A stretch of DNA of 64,000 nt from the human T2T-CHM13v2.0 reference genome, Homo sapiens (GCF_009914755.1 NC_060936.1), one strand, 5' to 3'. Positions 38,851 through 56,750 are shown, numbered from the stretch's first letter. Made by a program: numbers and translations. The notes: generated from the sequence alone by a model not told the origin.

Positions 38851-41309
38851 TAATTCCTACTTACTTCATGGGAGAAGTAAGATGCGAAGCTGTTATTAGT
38901 CACATTTACCTTGGTGTGAATAAGTACCCAGCTGGCTTGGAGAAAGGGATTATTCAATTACTCATCTCCTGAGAACACGAAGAGCAAGTGATTCACAGCC
39001 AGTGAGGAGAAGAGGTTAGAGGTACAGCAAAAAACAAAAGCTAGAGACTGGGGTTTTCAAACATAAACTGCATTTACTTCCCACTTCTGCTCTAAGGTAA
39101 CCCTGGTGGTACCCAGAGTAACTTCCTACCAGTCCCACCTCACCTGCCACAATCTGCCCACAAAGACACTTGTCAACCATAGCCACCTTTCCCTTCTTCC
39201 TGGGGACTGAGTCTTCTCAGTCAGTATTATATCTCATCTTAAAGAGAAGACTCTATCCACAGGAATGTGTCATAATGTAAACGAGCATGTTTTTCTCCCT
39301 ACTAATGCTAAGTACTGAAATCAACTTAAAAGATAGAGGAAGGCAACATTTATGGAAATTCTTCACTACTCTAGTGCAAACAGAATTTGATATTAGCTTC
39401 CTAACATCTGCCCTCTACTGTCATAGATTTTTTGAAGACCACAGGTACATCCCAGTCTCTCTTTTCATTTATTATTTTGGCGAGTAAATAGGTGTAAAGA
39501 GTCATAACCCACACTTGCTTCTGCCACCAGAGATTCAAAACACAATTAATTTACTAATATCGGTGAATATTTTATCCCAGTTCTCTAATCAGTTTTAGAG
39601 TTATTAACATTTTTCACATTTTGCAGACGCTACATATTATTTTAAAACATAACTTTTAAAAATTCATATTCAAAACTCCGTGATTCTTGGTGTTGTCTTA
39701 CCAGATCCTCTCAGCCTTTGATGGGAACATTGTGGGCCAAGTAAACTAAACATTTGCTACACCCTCACGACCCTGTTAAACTTTTAAAAATATGAACCAC
39801 AGGGTATATATTTGTTCAGTCTTAGTAGATAATGCAGAACTGTTTTCTAAAATGGTTTTTCCAATTTGTACTCTTTAGAGTAGCATATGAGAGTTTCATT
39901 TTCTATAAATGCTTGCCAACAATTGGTATTGTCTGTCCAAACACAGTTCCAAAGCCTAGGTGATTTGGTTTTAAAATATCACAAATATCAATCCTGAGAA
40001 AATGCCCCTTTTTCCTTTTCTTTGTCACTGTTCTAATTCAGCGGCTGCATGTGTACTATAAATAGGGTAAATTATCCCAAATTTGGGTTAGTTGGACAAG
40101 ATGTCGCTCTGAATCAGGGCAGATCTGAAATGTAGCCTGTTGCAAAAGAGGTGCAATCTTGTTATTCCTTTCATATTCTTACAACCAAATAAACGAAGAT
40201 AATAATATTTCAACCTGTTTAACAAATATCTGTTTTGTTGCTGTTGGAATATTTTGCCAAATAAGGAATCTTGGCTCCACATTTCTTACTTCTAAAAAAA
40301 TACAAAAATAGCATTAATTATATTGTAGTAACCTCAGGATTAATCTGAAATGGACTTGCTTTTGAAAGAAAAGATTAAATGTACATAAATGCTGATTAGA
40401 GAATTAGAATTTAAACTGTATTCATATTAGTTAGTTAACATGCCTTTAGAGAAAGTAAAAGTACTCGAATGAGTTGGCAGGGGCAAGCAATTAAATATAA
40501 GAACCAAATAGAAATAGTGCATGGACTATTTGACAGGCTGGAAAAGGAAAGAGTTACAATAAATAATGTAGTCATAGACAAGTGGAATCATCCATTAAAA
40601 GGCACAGTTTGTGAATGCATGAGTATGAGAGGAAATATCTGAGCGAGGTCTGCCCAGGAAATGGAGCAGAGACAAAAAGCTACACACAAGGTGCTGCATG
40701 AGAGAAAGGGGGCAATGTGCTTTATTCCTTCATTTTCTCATTCATTCATTCACTGTAACATCAGCTCCACAAAAGCAAAGAGTTTGTATACCCGGAACAG
40801 TCCCTGGCACATCATAGACCCTCAGTAAGTTCTATGGATGACTGAATGAATTATAAGCACAGATGACCAAATGATTTTTACAGTAAATATCTTTGACTAT
40901 TCCATTTACTAAGCTCCTACCATTCAGCAGGCATGGAATATAGTAAGCGTTCAGGAAACACCAGCTATTAACTACAAGGAGCTTCTTCATGAACAACATA
41001 TGTAGCAACTGAGAGAAAGACATGGAAATAGTAATGAGTGAACCACGAGTCAGGAAATAGAGATTCTGCAACTTAGCTAGATGTTTTACCTTGCACAAGT
41101 CAAATCTCTTCAATGAATTAATGAGTCTTGTTCTTGACTTAAAATCTTAGCATGAGTCTCCTTTTGCCTTCATCCTGTATGGTCAAACTGTCCTAAACCC
41201 TCCTGTGTCTTCCTTTGAAATATCTCTTTATGTAGAATCTTTTCCTCTTTCAATCAATAAATATCTACTGACACTTTCTATTTTTGGAACCACTACGAGT
41301 GAGTTGTTG

Positions 41310-42190
41310 TCAAAAATAATCCCAGAAAGATATTTGTAATACATCTAATAAAGGACTCAAATCCAGAATTTATAGAGTTCTTGCAAATCAATAAAAGACC
41401 ACCCAGGAGAAAAAAAAATGAACAAAAGCTTGAACAGGCACTTTGCAAAAGAGATCCAATAAACACATGAAAGGGGTTTGACTTTACTAGGCAAAGGGAA
41501 ATGCAGAATTAAAACCACACACCCACCAGAATGACTAAAATGAAAAAGACAGACAATACCAATTGTTGGCAAGCATTTAGAGCAAATGAAACTCTCATAT
41601 GCTACTCTAAAGAGTATAAATTGGAAAAACCATTTTAGAAAACTGTTCTGCATTATCTACTAAGGCTGAACAAATACATACCCTGTGATTCAACTATTCA
41701 GTTTCTAGCCACATACCCAACAGAAATGAGCTTGTTTACCAAGAGATATGTAAGGAAATATGCATAACAACATTATTCATAATTGCCCCACACTGAAAAA
41801 TTCAGAATGGATAAAGTGCAATATAGTTACATATTGGAATACTATACAGCAATAACAGTATACATTATATTGCTACATGTAACTACAAAGGAATAAATCC
41901 CATGAAAAAATGCCGAGCAAAAGAAACCAAATACAGAAAAATACAAGTAATATCATTTCTTTCATATAAAATTCAAAAAACAGGCAAAACTGGTCTAATA
42001 CATTGGAAGTCAGAAGAGTAGTTACTTTAAGGGGTGCTGAGACACTGGAATGGGACTTTTGGGATGCTGGTAATGTTTTTCTCTATCTGGCTGACTGTAT
42101 GCGTGTGTTTATATTGTGAAAATTTATTGAATTATGCATTTATGATTTATTCACTTTTCTATATGTATTTTGTAATTTACTGAAAATGTT
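41310..42190 (+). mobile_element. Old L1M (MC/ME-like) 3' fragment
   Basis: Degenerate ORF2 C-terminus and 3' UTR motifs. Confidence 0.75.
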
Positions 42191-44381
42191 CTTAAAGTCA
42201 TTATTCCTCAGAATCAGTTAAATCTTGTCAATTCTCATCTTGTCCCAATGTTCTCGAATTCGGGTAATAACTTCCAGGGCTTCCTTCCTCTGCTCAGTTC
42301 TGTACCTCCCAGGAGGTGGCCATGTTGGCCTTTGCTATCTGTTCAGGCCTCTCCTCTTAATTTGTGGACAAAACCCAGGACATAATTACAGATTCCTAGA
42401 ACTGACCATTCACACTCTAGATTTAATCTCTGTCCTTCTTTAATGTTACCAAGCATGACAATTCCTACTTTTCTATTCTGAATGCTCAATGCAATAAAGA
42501 TTGTTGAATATCTGCCATGGGCCTGATACTGTCTTTGACTTTGGGGCATATAAAATGACTGAGACATAGCCCTGTCCTCAAGGAACTTCAGAATACAATT
42601 CATACTGTAACATTTTCAATTCAACTGCTATGTCTCAGGCACTGGGCTGGACACTAGGGATGCAAGATGAAAAAGACATGTTTCTTGCTCTTGGAGCACT
42701 CAGAGTATAGTGGAGATGACAATTATTCAAAGAAGAAAAATAACAATTCTATGTAGTATTTATTGCCCCACAAATATGAGTTAACTTTAAATGAATAAAA
42801 CATCTTTACAATGAAATTACAGCCACTGCAATAGAGATCCGATGGTTGATACTGAAAACTCATTCAAGACTTTAAGAAGGATGCTGGATTTGAGTAACAT
42901 TTTAAATATTATTAGTACTTGGGCCAGTTGAAAGAATGGAAGAAGAACTATCCAAGAAGAGGAAGCAGCAGAAAAATAAAACTTGAACATGGGAACATAG
43001 TTCAAGATAAAGAAATGACTCTTTGGATTAGAATGGAATGTACATGTTGGGAAGTGATGGCAAAGAAGGGAAGGGAGGGAGGGTGGAAACAGCTTATGAG
43101 CATCTTTGAATACCAGCCAGATAGTCTGCACTTGATATGAAGGGCAGTAGAGACCTGTTGTGGGCAGTTAAGCATGGAAGGAACCTGCAAAAAGCAACAA
43201 TCTAAGCAGAGAGCCAGAGAGTTATGAATTGGGGAGGCAGAAATTGGCATCAGTGAGACCTGCTAGGAGGCTTCTGACACCAGTGGCGGGGGTAATTTAG
43301 TACCGTTAGTGAGATAAGAAGCAATGATGACTATGACCAGTATCTAAAAACACTTGAGCCACCAGTGGGTAAGATTTAGACTTAAAACTAATTTATGACT
43401 ATGACAAAATATTTTCTCAAAACTTTCATTCAGGCAATTCAGTAGAAAAACAAAGTCAACTATTTTTAAATGTTTTAAGGACTAGTGATTCTTAAAGAGT
43501 GGTCCCGTACTGTACTTGTGATCAGTCAGAAAGATCTGGCAAATAATTGGCATATCCAGAATGGAAAGCTGGCATAAGGTCCCTGAGAAAGGTGCAGCCA
43601 CTTAGGAGAAAAAGACAAATGGAATAAGAACTGTCTACTTTGAGGGGAATTTAAGCCGTATTCAAACACCTCAGGCAGAATCGCCAAACTGCTGTTGCCA
43701 CTGATCATATCTGCAGGTGCCCAAATGCTTCTCAATGACTTTCTCCTCTTCATTGATTCATGGGCCCAAGAGAAATAAAGCAGTGGCCCAAAGGTCCCAT
43801 CCTGTCCCCAGATGTGACTTCCCCTGCCCTATTCCAGTTGAAATAATAGGCAGGGGAACCAACAAAAGCAGAGGTCAAATACTACTTCCCCTATGGAAAG
43901 GGGTGGAGTAGCGATGAGAATGGGAGTGTGGGGTGGGTGTAAATGTGGGGTAGAGTGTAAGGTGTCTGTGGAAAGAGACAAAGGGAGTCAGTGGGTCATA
44001 GATCTTTGCCCTTATAGAGACAGCTGAGGCACCTAATCCAGAAAACTGCTAGCGAAAATAAAACAATAAGTGGGTTGGCCAAGACTGTTTGCTTTCATCT
44101 AGTTATTTCGATGACTTCTCGACACAGCCTTAGCAAAATCATGCATTGAGTAAGACCAAAAATTTTCTATTCCTCATCAGAAACTCAGACAACAAGGGAG
44201 GCCAGTGAGTAATGAGAACTGATTTCTTTGGCTTCAGTGCCTGCTCCTCGCACCTCCACACATCGCCCACAGAGAGAGGACATGGAAAGGTGATTTATGC
44301 TGAATCTGCAAGGTAAGACTTTATCCAAAAAGGTCAAGGAAATGACCAGAGATGTTCTTGCTTGGGGAAGATTTTCGGCAC

Positions 44382-44383
<2 letters not shown>

Positions 44384-44425
<42 letters not shown>
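44384..44425. repeat. (CT)n microsatellite
   Basis: Direct reading. Confidence 0.95.
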
Positions 44426-44430
<5 letters not shown>

Positions 44431-44833
44431 AACAGCCCACTGTTGGTCTCTTCTCCCAATTCCCAATCCTCCATCCTCACTAGAATGTCTCTTTTCAGGT
44501 TCTGTATGAGTTGAGTAAAAATTCTTCATGCTTGGCATCATCTTGGTCTCTGAATCTTGTTTGTTCTTATCACCACTTAAAAATTTTCAGGCTCTTCTCA
44601 GCCAGTTATGAAAACATACTCCTGCTGAGCTTTCTGGAACTTCATCAGTTTTTCAGGACTGAAAAAAAAAAAGACAGAAGTTAGGTGATGTCATTCTAGT
44701 TTCTGTTGGAAGAAAATGAGATGGTTTACCTATGGGCACAGCTATGACTGGCTGCATCACACGCTTTCTAGTCTTCCCTACATTTTCTCCACTATAACCA
44801 AGGTCTATTATCTGCATTTCTAAATAACTATTA

Positions 44834-45223
<390 letters not shown>

Positions 45224-45551
45224 TCATCTCTTCCTTTCTACCTTCTTTCACTCACCCTTTTCTCTCTCCTTCTTCTCAGCCTCCACCTTCTACCCTAGTC
45301 TATTTAATAGATCACACTGTCACAAACCATAAAACTAATACATCCATAATTTTCAAGCTGTTCCCTAGATTTTATCTCATTTCATCTTCATAGTAACCCA
45401 TCAAATTCTGTTATTCCAGTTCTACAGATAAGAAATATGAGACTCTGAAAGATGAAATAACTTTCTCCAAGTCACATGGCCATAAAATGACAAATCCAGG
45501 ATGAATGCAGGGCTTTTTCCATTCACCATGCTATCTCAGAGTGAAGTGTCA

Positions 45552-45980
<429 letters not shown>

Positions 45981-46152
45981 CTAAAGCATACAGGACCTTG
46001 TGTTTGCTCCTATCGTGGTCATGTAAATCTGAATTTAAATGCCCAGGTTACTTTTCTATCTCCCTGACTAGATGGCCAGTTCCATTAGGGCAGGAAACAA
46101 GAACAGGTCAGATTTTTCTGGCTTCTTTCTGTAATTCCAGTAAATACCACTG

Positions 46153-46154
<2 letters not shown>

Positions 46155-46224
<70 letters not shown>
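46155..46224. repeat. (CT)n(CA)n compound microsatellite
   Basis: Direct reading. Confidence 0.95.
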
Positions 46225-46225
<1 letters not shown>

Positions 46226-47130
46226 ACACCAATTTATATTTGACCTGGGGATGGCCTGGGGTAAAATAAAAAGAACATCAAGTAAGAATAGGGCTACCCT
46301 ACAAAACTTCCCATAAATTACATGATTATTCAAGCAGAACGTGGGGAGGAGGTGTATAGAAAATTTCCCCCTCACTTTAGAAACCGAGGTTGGGAGAATT
46401 ACTGAAATGGTGTCAAGAAAGAAGAAAGAGAGTACATGTGGGACCAAGGGAAAAGGAGGGGCAAACTGCCCACTTCCTCATGTTGTGAAGGATAAAGCCT
46501 GCCCTCATGACATCAGCAGCCTCTTTGTGCTTTATTCTTTAGGCTAAAGTCGGGCCTGGGAGACCCACTCAAGGAAGGTTGGGTCATGAAGGCCGATGCC
46601 TGTGTGTCTCAAGAGAGTTGTCCAGTTCTCCCTAACACAGCTGGCATAGATGCCTCAGGGTGACCCCATGACAATGACTACCAAGTTCACCACTGAGCAG
46701 CTCCATCCACCTCAGTTGCAGGTCCATCTTGAGGGCACTCTAGATGCAAAACCAGGCCCACCTTCTTTATTAGACCTGTTCTCCTCTTGTTGTTTCGCCA
46801 GCCCTGGTTGCCCTCATTTGACTCCCAGGCTATCCAGGGTCTCCAATGTTTCTCCCATGGAGGCACAACCTCCATAGAAGCACCTCATGCTCTGAATGGT
46901 ACATCCTGCCCAAACTTATAAAAATTTACCTGGCCTGTGTTGCCACTACCCAAGGGGGCACCAGATCACTGAGACTATAACGGCCAACTAATGCATACCT
47001 AGGCATTAATCGCTAGAAAATCTTAAATGCAGATAGGTATTTCTGCAAGATCCTTTAACATCTTAGCCCCCTCCCAAAAAAAAAAACTAATAAAAAATGT
47101 AGACAAAATGGTTGTAAAGATTTTGGATAA

Positions 47131-47441
<311 letters not shown>

Positions 47442-49880
47442 TTAGCAACTTCTTGGGCCTCTTACACATATGCATTAGGCTCAACCCTATCCTGACCCTC
47501 TGACTTTCTCATAACATTAAAATTTCTGTAACCTCTTTGGAAATATTTGTGGTTTATTGCATTCATTGCTATTGAGAAAGAGCAGAAAGTGCTTTTGATA
47601 TTTTTGTATATGACCCAAGAACAGAAAATTGCAGTAAAATTGCATCAGGTTGATTTCTGGGACATTACTGCGTACTTACTGCCAGGTATCCATGAGCTCC
47701 CCCGACCGAGATGTCCAGAAAACCTCTTTCAGAGACCCTCTCCGAAAGCATGTTCTAAAGTCATGTTCACCTGTGGGATTCCCCTGTATCGCCCTGGTGG
47801 TTTAGTATTCTCGACAATGACTTATAAACTGAGGAGGATTGGGGGAAAGAAGTGGATGCTAGCATCACTTTACCTCAAGAGCCACAAAGGCTTCCTTCTT
47901 TCATTTCTTTGTACCCACTGATGGAACCTAAACTTTACCTTGATCTTTTGAGATAATCCACCTTCCTAGATGTCTACACTTATTACACTGTATTGCTAGG
48001 CAACTTATTTCATAATTTATTAGTGAAACCACAGTTAATCTGGTGAAAACTTTATTCATCATAATAAATTAAAAGATCTGACTTTCTAAATGGAAGTTCT
48101 GTTCAGAAATCCTGATCTATCTGCAAAGAACCTTCCCATGAACTTACCAAAAGCCACCTCTCCCTACAAGTTAGTCTCTCAAAAGAACTTTTATTGCGTT
48201 TAACTGTGTACCCAGTCCTGTGCTCATCCTCTTTATGTAGGAGGAAAGAAACAGGGAAAAGTTCCTCATCTTGTAATCAAATTAGTGCCGTCAAACACAA
48301 AGGAGTGGTAATTCGGGAGCACTAAAGTGACAAACAGTGTTGACAACAAGTATAATAGAGCTTCAGAGCAGGGGAGAAACATACACATGTGCAAATTTCT
48401 TGTTAGAAACCCCTCTTTGTTTCAAAATCTTCCTTTTTCTATTTTTATTACAGAAGAGAAAGAATTTTGCTCTTCAGGGTCCCAAATGAAGCTAAAGGGT
48501 TATCATTGCCCATTCACAATTTCTGCTCTGAGAGACAGTAATAAAAGGAATCAGGATAAATGTAATAATATTTTGGTTAATGGTTGGTTACACTTTGGAA
48601 TAACAATCCTTCTGGCTGCAGAGATTCAGACAAAAACAGGCACCCCCAGATGTCCAAGCACCAAACACAGTGAAAAAGCCAAGATCATTTAAAATTGGAG
48701 AGTTTGTTTTGGCAGAGAGTGGAAGCAGTACTAAGTAAGAACTGTACACTACTTTGAGCTGTCAACAGAGAATTAATAAAAAGTGAAAACCTGTTGGCTG
48801 GTGACAGTAGTAAAACTGCATGCATTTGTCCAAACTCATAGAACTGCATGCCTAAAAAGGGTGAATTTTACTATAGCAAATTATACCTCAATAAACCTGA
48901 TGAATAGAAGGAAGGAAAGATTTGACTAGAATTGTTCTCTTGTGTCCTAAAATATCCATCTAATTGTGAATGAAAAATCAAAATGGGCCCTAATCGGAGA
49001 AGGTATTTATCCTCAATTTGTCCAGTTTCAAGACAACAGTTTTCTCCTAATTAGAACTGCTGAACAATGGAATGGAAGGGACTGTCTTATAAGGGAACAG
49101 ACTTCCTGCACTAGAATTTGACTATTGCTTCTATAGAACTTACTCTGCTAGGTGACTTACATAGTGCATTTGTTATCCTCACCATAATCCTGGAAGGAGG
49201 GTATTTTAGAGATGAGGAAACTGAGACGGTGAGGGTTTCTGTGACTGCCATTCGATGGTAGAACAGAATGTCTTCATGCACTTAGGAGCTATTGACTGAG
49301 TTCCTGCCAAGTGTCAGTTACTCTGCTGGCTGTGGCAGTTACAACTGCAAAAGATATGGCCCTGTCCTCACAGAGAATATAATCCCTCTAAAGGCCAAAA
49401 AAAAAAAAAAAACAAAAGGCCATCATCCTACACTGTGTCAAGTGCTATGACTGTGAACCACAAGGAACCACGCAGAAGGGGTACTTACCCAAGGCTAGGC
49501 AGATATGAATGGCTTTCTTGAAAAAGCAGCATCTAAGCTGAGACCTGATAGATAAATGAGGAGTTAATGAGGTGGCCAGCATTGGAAGTGAGGTGGGGTG
49601 GCAGGGAAGGGTGAGGAGGTGTGAGTTGTGAGTAGAAGAGATAACATGTGGGAAGGCCTGGAGTTAAGAAGGAAAATGGTGTGTTCCAATGACCGAGGCA
49701 AGTTCTGTATGACCACAGTGCAACAGGAAGAGTTGCAAGAAATCTTCTCCAGACGTACTCATGGCTCACTCCCTCACCTCCTTCAAGAGTTAGCTGCAAG
49801 TCTCCTTCTCGGTGAGGCCTCCTGTAATTACCCTGGCAACAGCCAGCACCACCCAACATAAACCTTCCCTATTTTCTTTT

Positions 49881-50778
<898 letters not shown>

Positions 50779-52690
50779 TAGACCGCTGGAATGAAAGCTC
50801 CAAGAGGATTTTGTCTGTTTCATTTATTGTTGTGTATTTTCAATTCCCAAAATAGTGCCTGGTACACTGTAAGCACTCACTAAATATTTGATGCATGGGT
50901 TGATAAAGGAATTAGTAAGCAAATTGATGAATACTTAAAAACAAAATTGGAGATGTAAGTAGAGGCCAGACTGCGCAAGGCCTCCTGAAGCACGTCAAGG
51001 AGTTTGAACTTTGCCCTGTGAGCGTGGGAAGCTGTCAGAAAGTTTTAAACAGGAGTCTGGCAGTCGTGGATGTTGCAGAGGGATTCTTGCATCAGTTGGG
51101 CGTTTGAACTCCTTTCCTGAGGTCCTTTCTGACTCAGAGTGTGGCCCCTATGACAGTGGCACAAGCCCACATTAGCTTCACTGCTGGAGGCACTCCCCAT
51201 AGCAACCCCCAGAGTCTCACCCATTGTCGAAGTAGCCTCATAACCTGGAAATTACTAGCTGCACGTAATTGACAAATTTTAGCTTTTGGGAAATCATTAC
51301 TCACTGAATTATAAATGTCTAAGATTTTACAGTATAATCATATGCTTATAGAATAACTTATCCCCACACATTTAAACAAAAGATACATGCTAGACTTGGC
51401 TACTTCTGAGGATGTTGCGCAGTCTCTTTTTTAAAAATTGGTAACATTTGCTTGGACAAGGGACCAAGCTAGAAAACATTCTTCCAGTGTCACAGGAAAC
51501 CAAAATAATGGCAGTAACAATAGTTAACCAAATTGTTAACTGATTGGTTTAGACAGCATTTCCACTCTGAAGATGTAGAAAAGCAAAACAGCCCCCAGGA
51601 TAAAGCTATAAATAAAATTTTTCCCGGAGTTTTCTGCCCTTTTTTTGCATAGCAAAACCAGAAATAAGTAATGTTAAAAGTGAAGGTCCACTATAATCAT
51701 AACTTCCAGAAAAACAAAAAAAAAAACCCACTATTAAACAGCCAAGTGCATATTCTTTCTTTCCATTTTTTCTAAGCTATGCTAACTGGATTATTCTTGT
51801 TTTACAAAAATGGGGTCATGCTATGCATATTATTTTGTAGTTGTCTTTTTGTGTTTTATTTTTCAAGTTTCTGCTTAAATCAACTATGCTTTAAAAAAAA
51901 AAAGTCCTACTTAAACCTGCTTGCAACCATGTTTTAAACAACTGTACCACAAAGAAGAAATATTTTCTTTCCTTGGTGGCTTCAGATTGTCACCAAACGT
52001 CACTGGGCATTCAAGTCCTCCGACCGTATGGTTAGCTTTGCCAGGAGGAAAGAAGAATATCTAGAAATTAAAACATAAGTCAAAAAGATGTAGCACACCA
52101 TTTTTTCCATGAAAAAAAAATTAGTGACATAGGAACATTTTGCATCATGCATTATGCAAACATTATGCAAAAGGTAACTTGTTGCCTAACTTAAAGCTAT
52201 TTGAAATTTTCTTAACTGCTATGGATGGTTGTTGCTGAAACTCAGAGGATGAGGGAAAGCATAGCTAAGCTTAGATATGTCTCTGAAGGCATAGGAAAGG
52301 GAGAATATCTCTAAGATCCCAGTAATTTGTTTTTTCCTGGGAATGCAGCCCTTGATGGCATCAGAAGATGCCATCACAAGTGATCCTGTCCATTGGTCAA
52401 TGGTATGACTTGTGATGCTGCCATTGGTCAATCAAATATATACCAGGTCAACAATGCCCATGGTCAACACCTTCAAAATTGTGAGTTCATACAGTCATTC
52501 AACAAACATCTATACCTCACCTCCTCCATGCTGGCTCCTAGGCCATGCTCTGAGTATTATACACAGTTCCTGCCTTTAAGGTGTTTAAATTGCACAGTAT
52601 GCAAAGTCAGAGGCAGAGTTCTCTGAAAGTAGAGGACATAATCCAAACTAGAAATTCTCTGAGCCAAGTCATAAAGAAAATAGACAATTC

Positions 52691-53092
<402 letters not shown>

Positions 53093-54642
53093 TTATACGA
53101 AAGGGAGAAGTAGAGAGAGAGACAAAACCGGAGAGAAAAGCATGAAGGGTTCTGTAATGCTTGTGAGCTTACACTATCCTACTGACCATGGCAAGACACT
53201 AAAGGATTACGATGGAATGAACTGGGGAGATCCCATTTGTTCCTTATGAGCAGCACTCTGATGAGAATAAGGAGAATCATTTTAGCAAGATTGGAGGTAG
53301 AGAAACAAGTTAGGAGCTGGGTGCACTGACAGGAAGATAGTGATCTGATGTGGCCAATTGGGGTGGAGAGAAAGGTGATGGGTACAAAATATATTATTAG
53401 GATAGCTCTAGGGTAAATAGAATTTAAAGATAGACACTATGTGTAGATAGAAGTAGGGGGGAAATTGACAATTCCAAATTTTCTTGCTTGAACAGCAGAC
53501 AGATGGAGTTTCATTCATTGTGCATCTAGAAGTAGTGCAAATTAGAGAAAAAATAATTAATTTGGCTTGGACCATTCTGGTACAAAGGTCCAGTAAGCAG
53601 ATATTAGGATAGGCAGCTGAGTAGAGGCAACTGAGCCATAATATTGGTTAGAAATCATGATCTTATTGACCGTCATAGAAGTAATAAGCAAAAATGAGTC
53701 CACCCAGAGAAAAGGTGTCACATCTAAAGAGTCTACATAGAGAAAGGCATTTAAGCAGTAAATGTGGTAAGGTGACACTGCAATAGAAGTTTCTACAGAG
53801 TATAGTGGGAACAGAAAAGACTGTGTGGCCTGCTCTACTTGGGAAGCTCTAGAAGTTTTATTAAAGCCAGTTTTATTAAGCTGAGTGTAGTAAGTTGAGT
53901 AGGCCTTGTCATAGACAAGGCAAGAAAGATCATGACAAGCAGAGGGCATAGCTAAAGAATGGCATGGAAATGTGAAGCAGCACAAAATGTTTGGGAAAAC
54001 CACATGTAGCTTTAAACTGCTAGAGGGTAGGATACACAGAGAGGTAAGAAAAAATTTGTCAACACATGAAATTAATGAAGTGGCCAGAGACTAAATCATA
54101 AAGGCTCCTGTGTTCTAGTACTTAGCAGTTAGGGTTTTATCACCTGTGAATCTCAGTTCCTTTGATGGAAAATGGGTATAACTGTGTATACCTACAGCCT
54201 GAGGATTACAGATAGTATGTGTCAGGTCTCTAGCATGATGCCTGGGACACAGACCCAAGAAGTCAATGTCAGCTATTACACTGCTATTAAACAGAACTCT
54301 CATTTGGGCCCCAATGTGGAAGATGGATTGAAGGTGTCGAAATGGGGGTACAATACTGACTGTAGGTAGAGGACTTGAGAAGCCAGTTCATCACCCTAGG
54401 CCACAACCATGGGGCCAGATCTAAGGAGTAGCCATGGGAGCAGAAAGGAAGAGAGTGAGCTGAGAGACGTTAAGGAGATAGAGTCAACCACCTGGGAGCT
54501 AGGGGGAGTAGGGAAGGAATCAGAGAAGTGAAGAAGGATTCTCCATGATCTGGCTTACCTACTTGGGTGATACCATTTATTAAATTGGGACTCTTCAAGG
54601 AAGAACACATCAATGAGGTAGTAAGCGTAGTTTGGGATTTTT

Positions 54643-54864
<222 letters not shown>

Positions 54865-55068
54865 TAGTTTGGGATTTTTAGTTGGGGCCAGGAATATGGA
54901 ATACACATATACAGCAGTTAGATATACATGTCTGGAGTCCTTTCTAGGAGAGAAGGGGGTAGTCTTGGAGAATTCACAGGATGAGAAGAGCAATGGGACC
55001 AAGAGGGCGTCCCAAGGAATGCCAACATTTAAGGAACAGTACGGAAAGAGAAGTTGGATTTAAAAATA

Positions 55069-55691
55069 CGTTGATTTTCATTATTCATGGCAGTTACATT
55101 CTCTGAAGCCACTGTGAACCCTGAATTAGAAAATGCTGAACCATTTCTTTTAGGGGAAATACAGGGTTAGGTTCCTGCAAGCCTCTGGTCACGATGTTTT
55201 CACCAACTTATCAGTGGTAACCTTGTTTTATGTGTGTTTCTGTTTAAAAATAACATATTTAATCTACATTGTCAATTTATTAATGTTGAACTCATGCCCG
55301 AACAAAGTTTATCTAACACTTATTTTCTTCATAAGGCATAGTATAGCTTTCTTGTGCTTGTAAACACTAAACAGCACTTCAGTACTAGGCCTGGGGCTAT
55401 TTTAAACAGTAAAGTCATCAACAAAAAGCACAAATATGTGAAAATGCACACTGAATAGGCCGCAATAAGGAAACTTCTTAATAGGATGGGAACTGAAACG
55501 GGAAAGCAAAGCATCACCTTGGTCAGCCTCAGCTGAGAGCATGCCCATCGGGAAGCTCAAATTTTGTGCTCCTCTGCACATGTTTGTGAGTGACCTCAAA
55601 AACCCTATCAGGATCACTTTTGGAGTTACAAATAAATTTTAGCATAGGCAAATTTGCAAAAACAGACTCCATAAATAATAAAGGTTGACTA
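55069..55691. mobile_element. Tigger3-like TcMar DNA transposon
   Basis: AGGGGAAATACAGGGTTAGGTTCCTG...GCCTCTGGTCAC motif; degenerate inverted termini. Confidence 0.75.
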
Positions 55692-56279
55692 CATATTTAT
55701 TCAGGGAAAGGAATGGTCATTCTTGAGAGAAATCAGTGCTGAAAGAGACAATCAGTCTAAGAAGAAAACAAATAATAGTGTTACATTCCACCTAGAGCTT
55801 AAGTAAAATGCAGACTAGAAGAATCCATTGGATGTTGTGAATAGAAGGTTAATTGCTGGCATTTGTTAGAGGACTTTCGTGGGAGGGTTTGAAGCAAGAG
55901 TTCAGTTGCTGAGTTGGAGAATAATTGCGGGGTAAAGAAATGGAGGGAGAAGATGCACTTGTTTTCGGATGTTTTGTGGCGCTATTCAGAGGGGAATACA
56001 TTCAACATTGAAATGAAAGCTCTGTGAGGATAGGGGTTTTCTTCTCCTACATTCATTGCTGCTTTCTTAGTACCTAGAACAGTTCCTAGAACATAGCAGG
56101 TACTCAACACATACTATTACCAATAGGCCTGATCTGACAGAGCTAGGAGGGGCTTTTAAAATCATATTCCCAACACTTTACAATGAAAACTGAAACCAAC
56201 GAGGTTGAGCAATTTGTCTGTAGCCACACAGCTAGCTAGTGGCAAAACTATGCTAGAAACCCAAGGCTCCTCACTTTTA

Positions 56280-56750
<471 letters not shown>

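Noticed and set aside
56083-56091. STAT5/BCL6-type TTCCTAGAA, and TTCCTGGAA at 38656
   Set aside because: Isolated 9-mers inside old L2/L1 repeats; expected by chance
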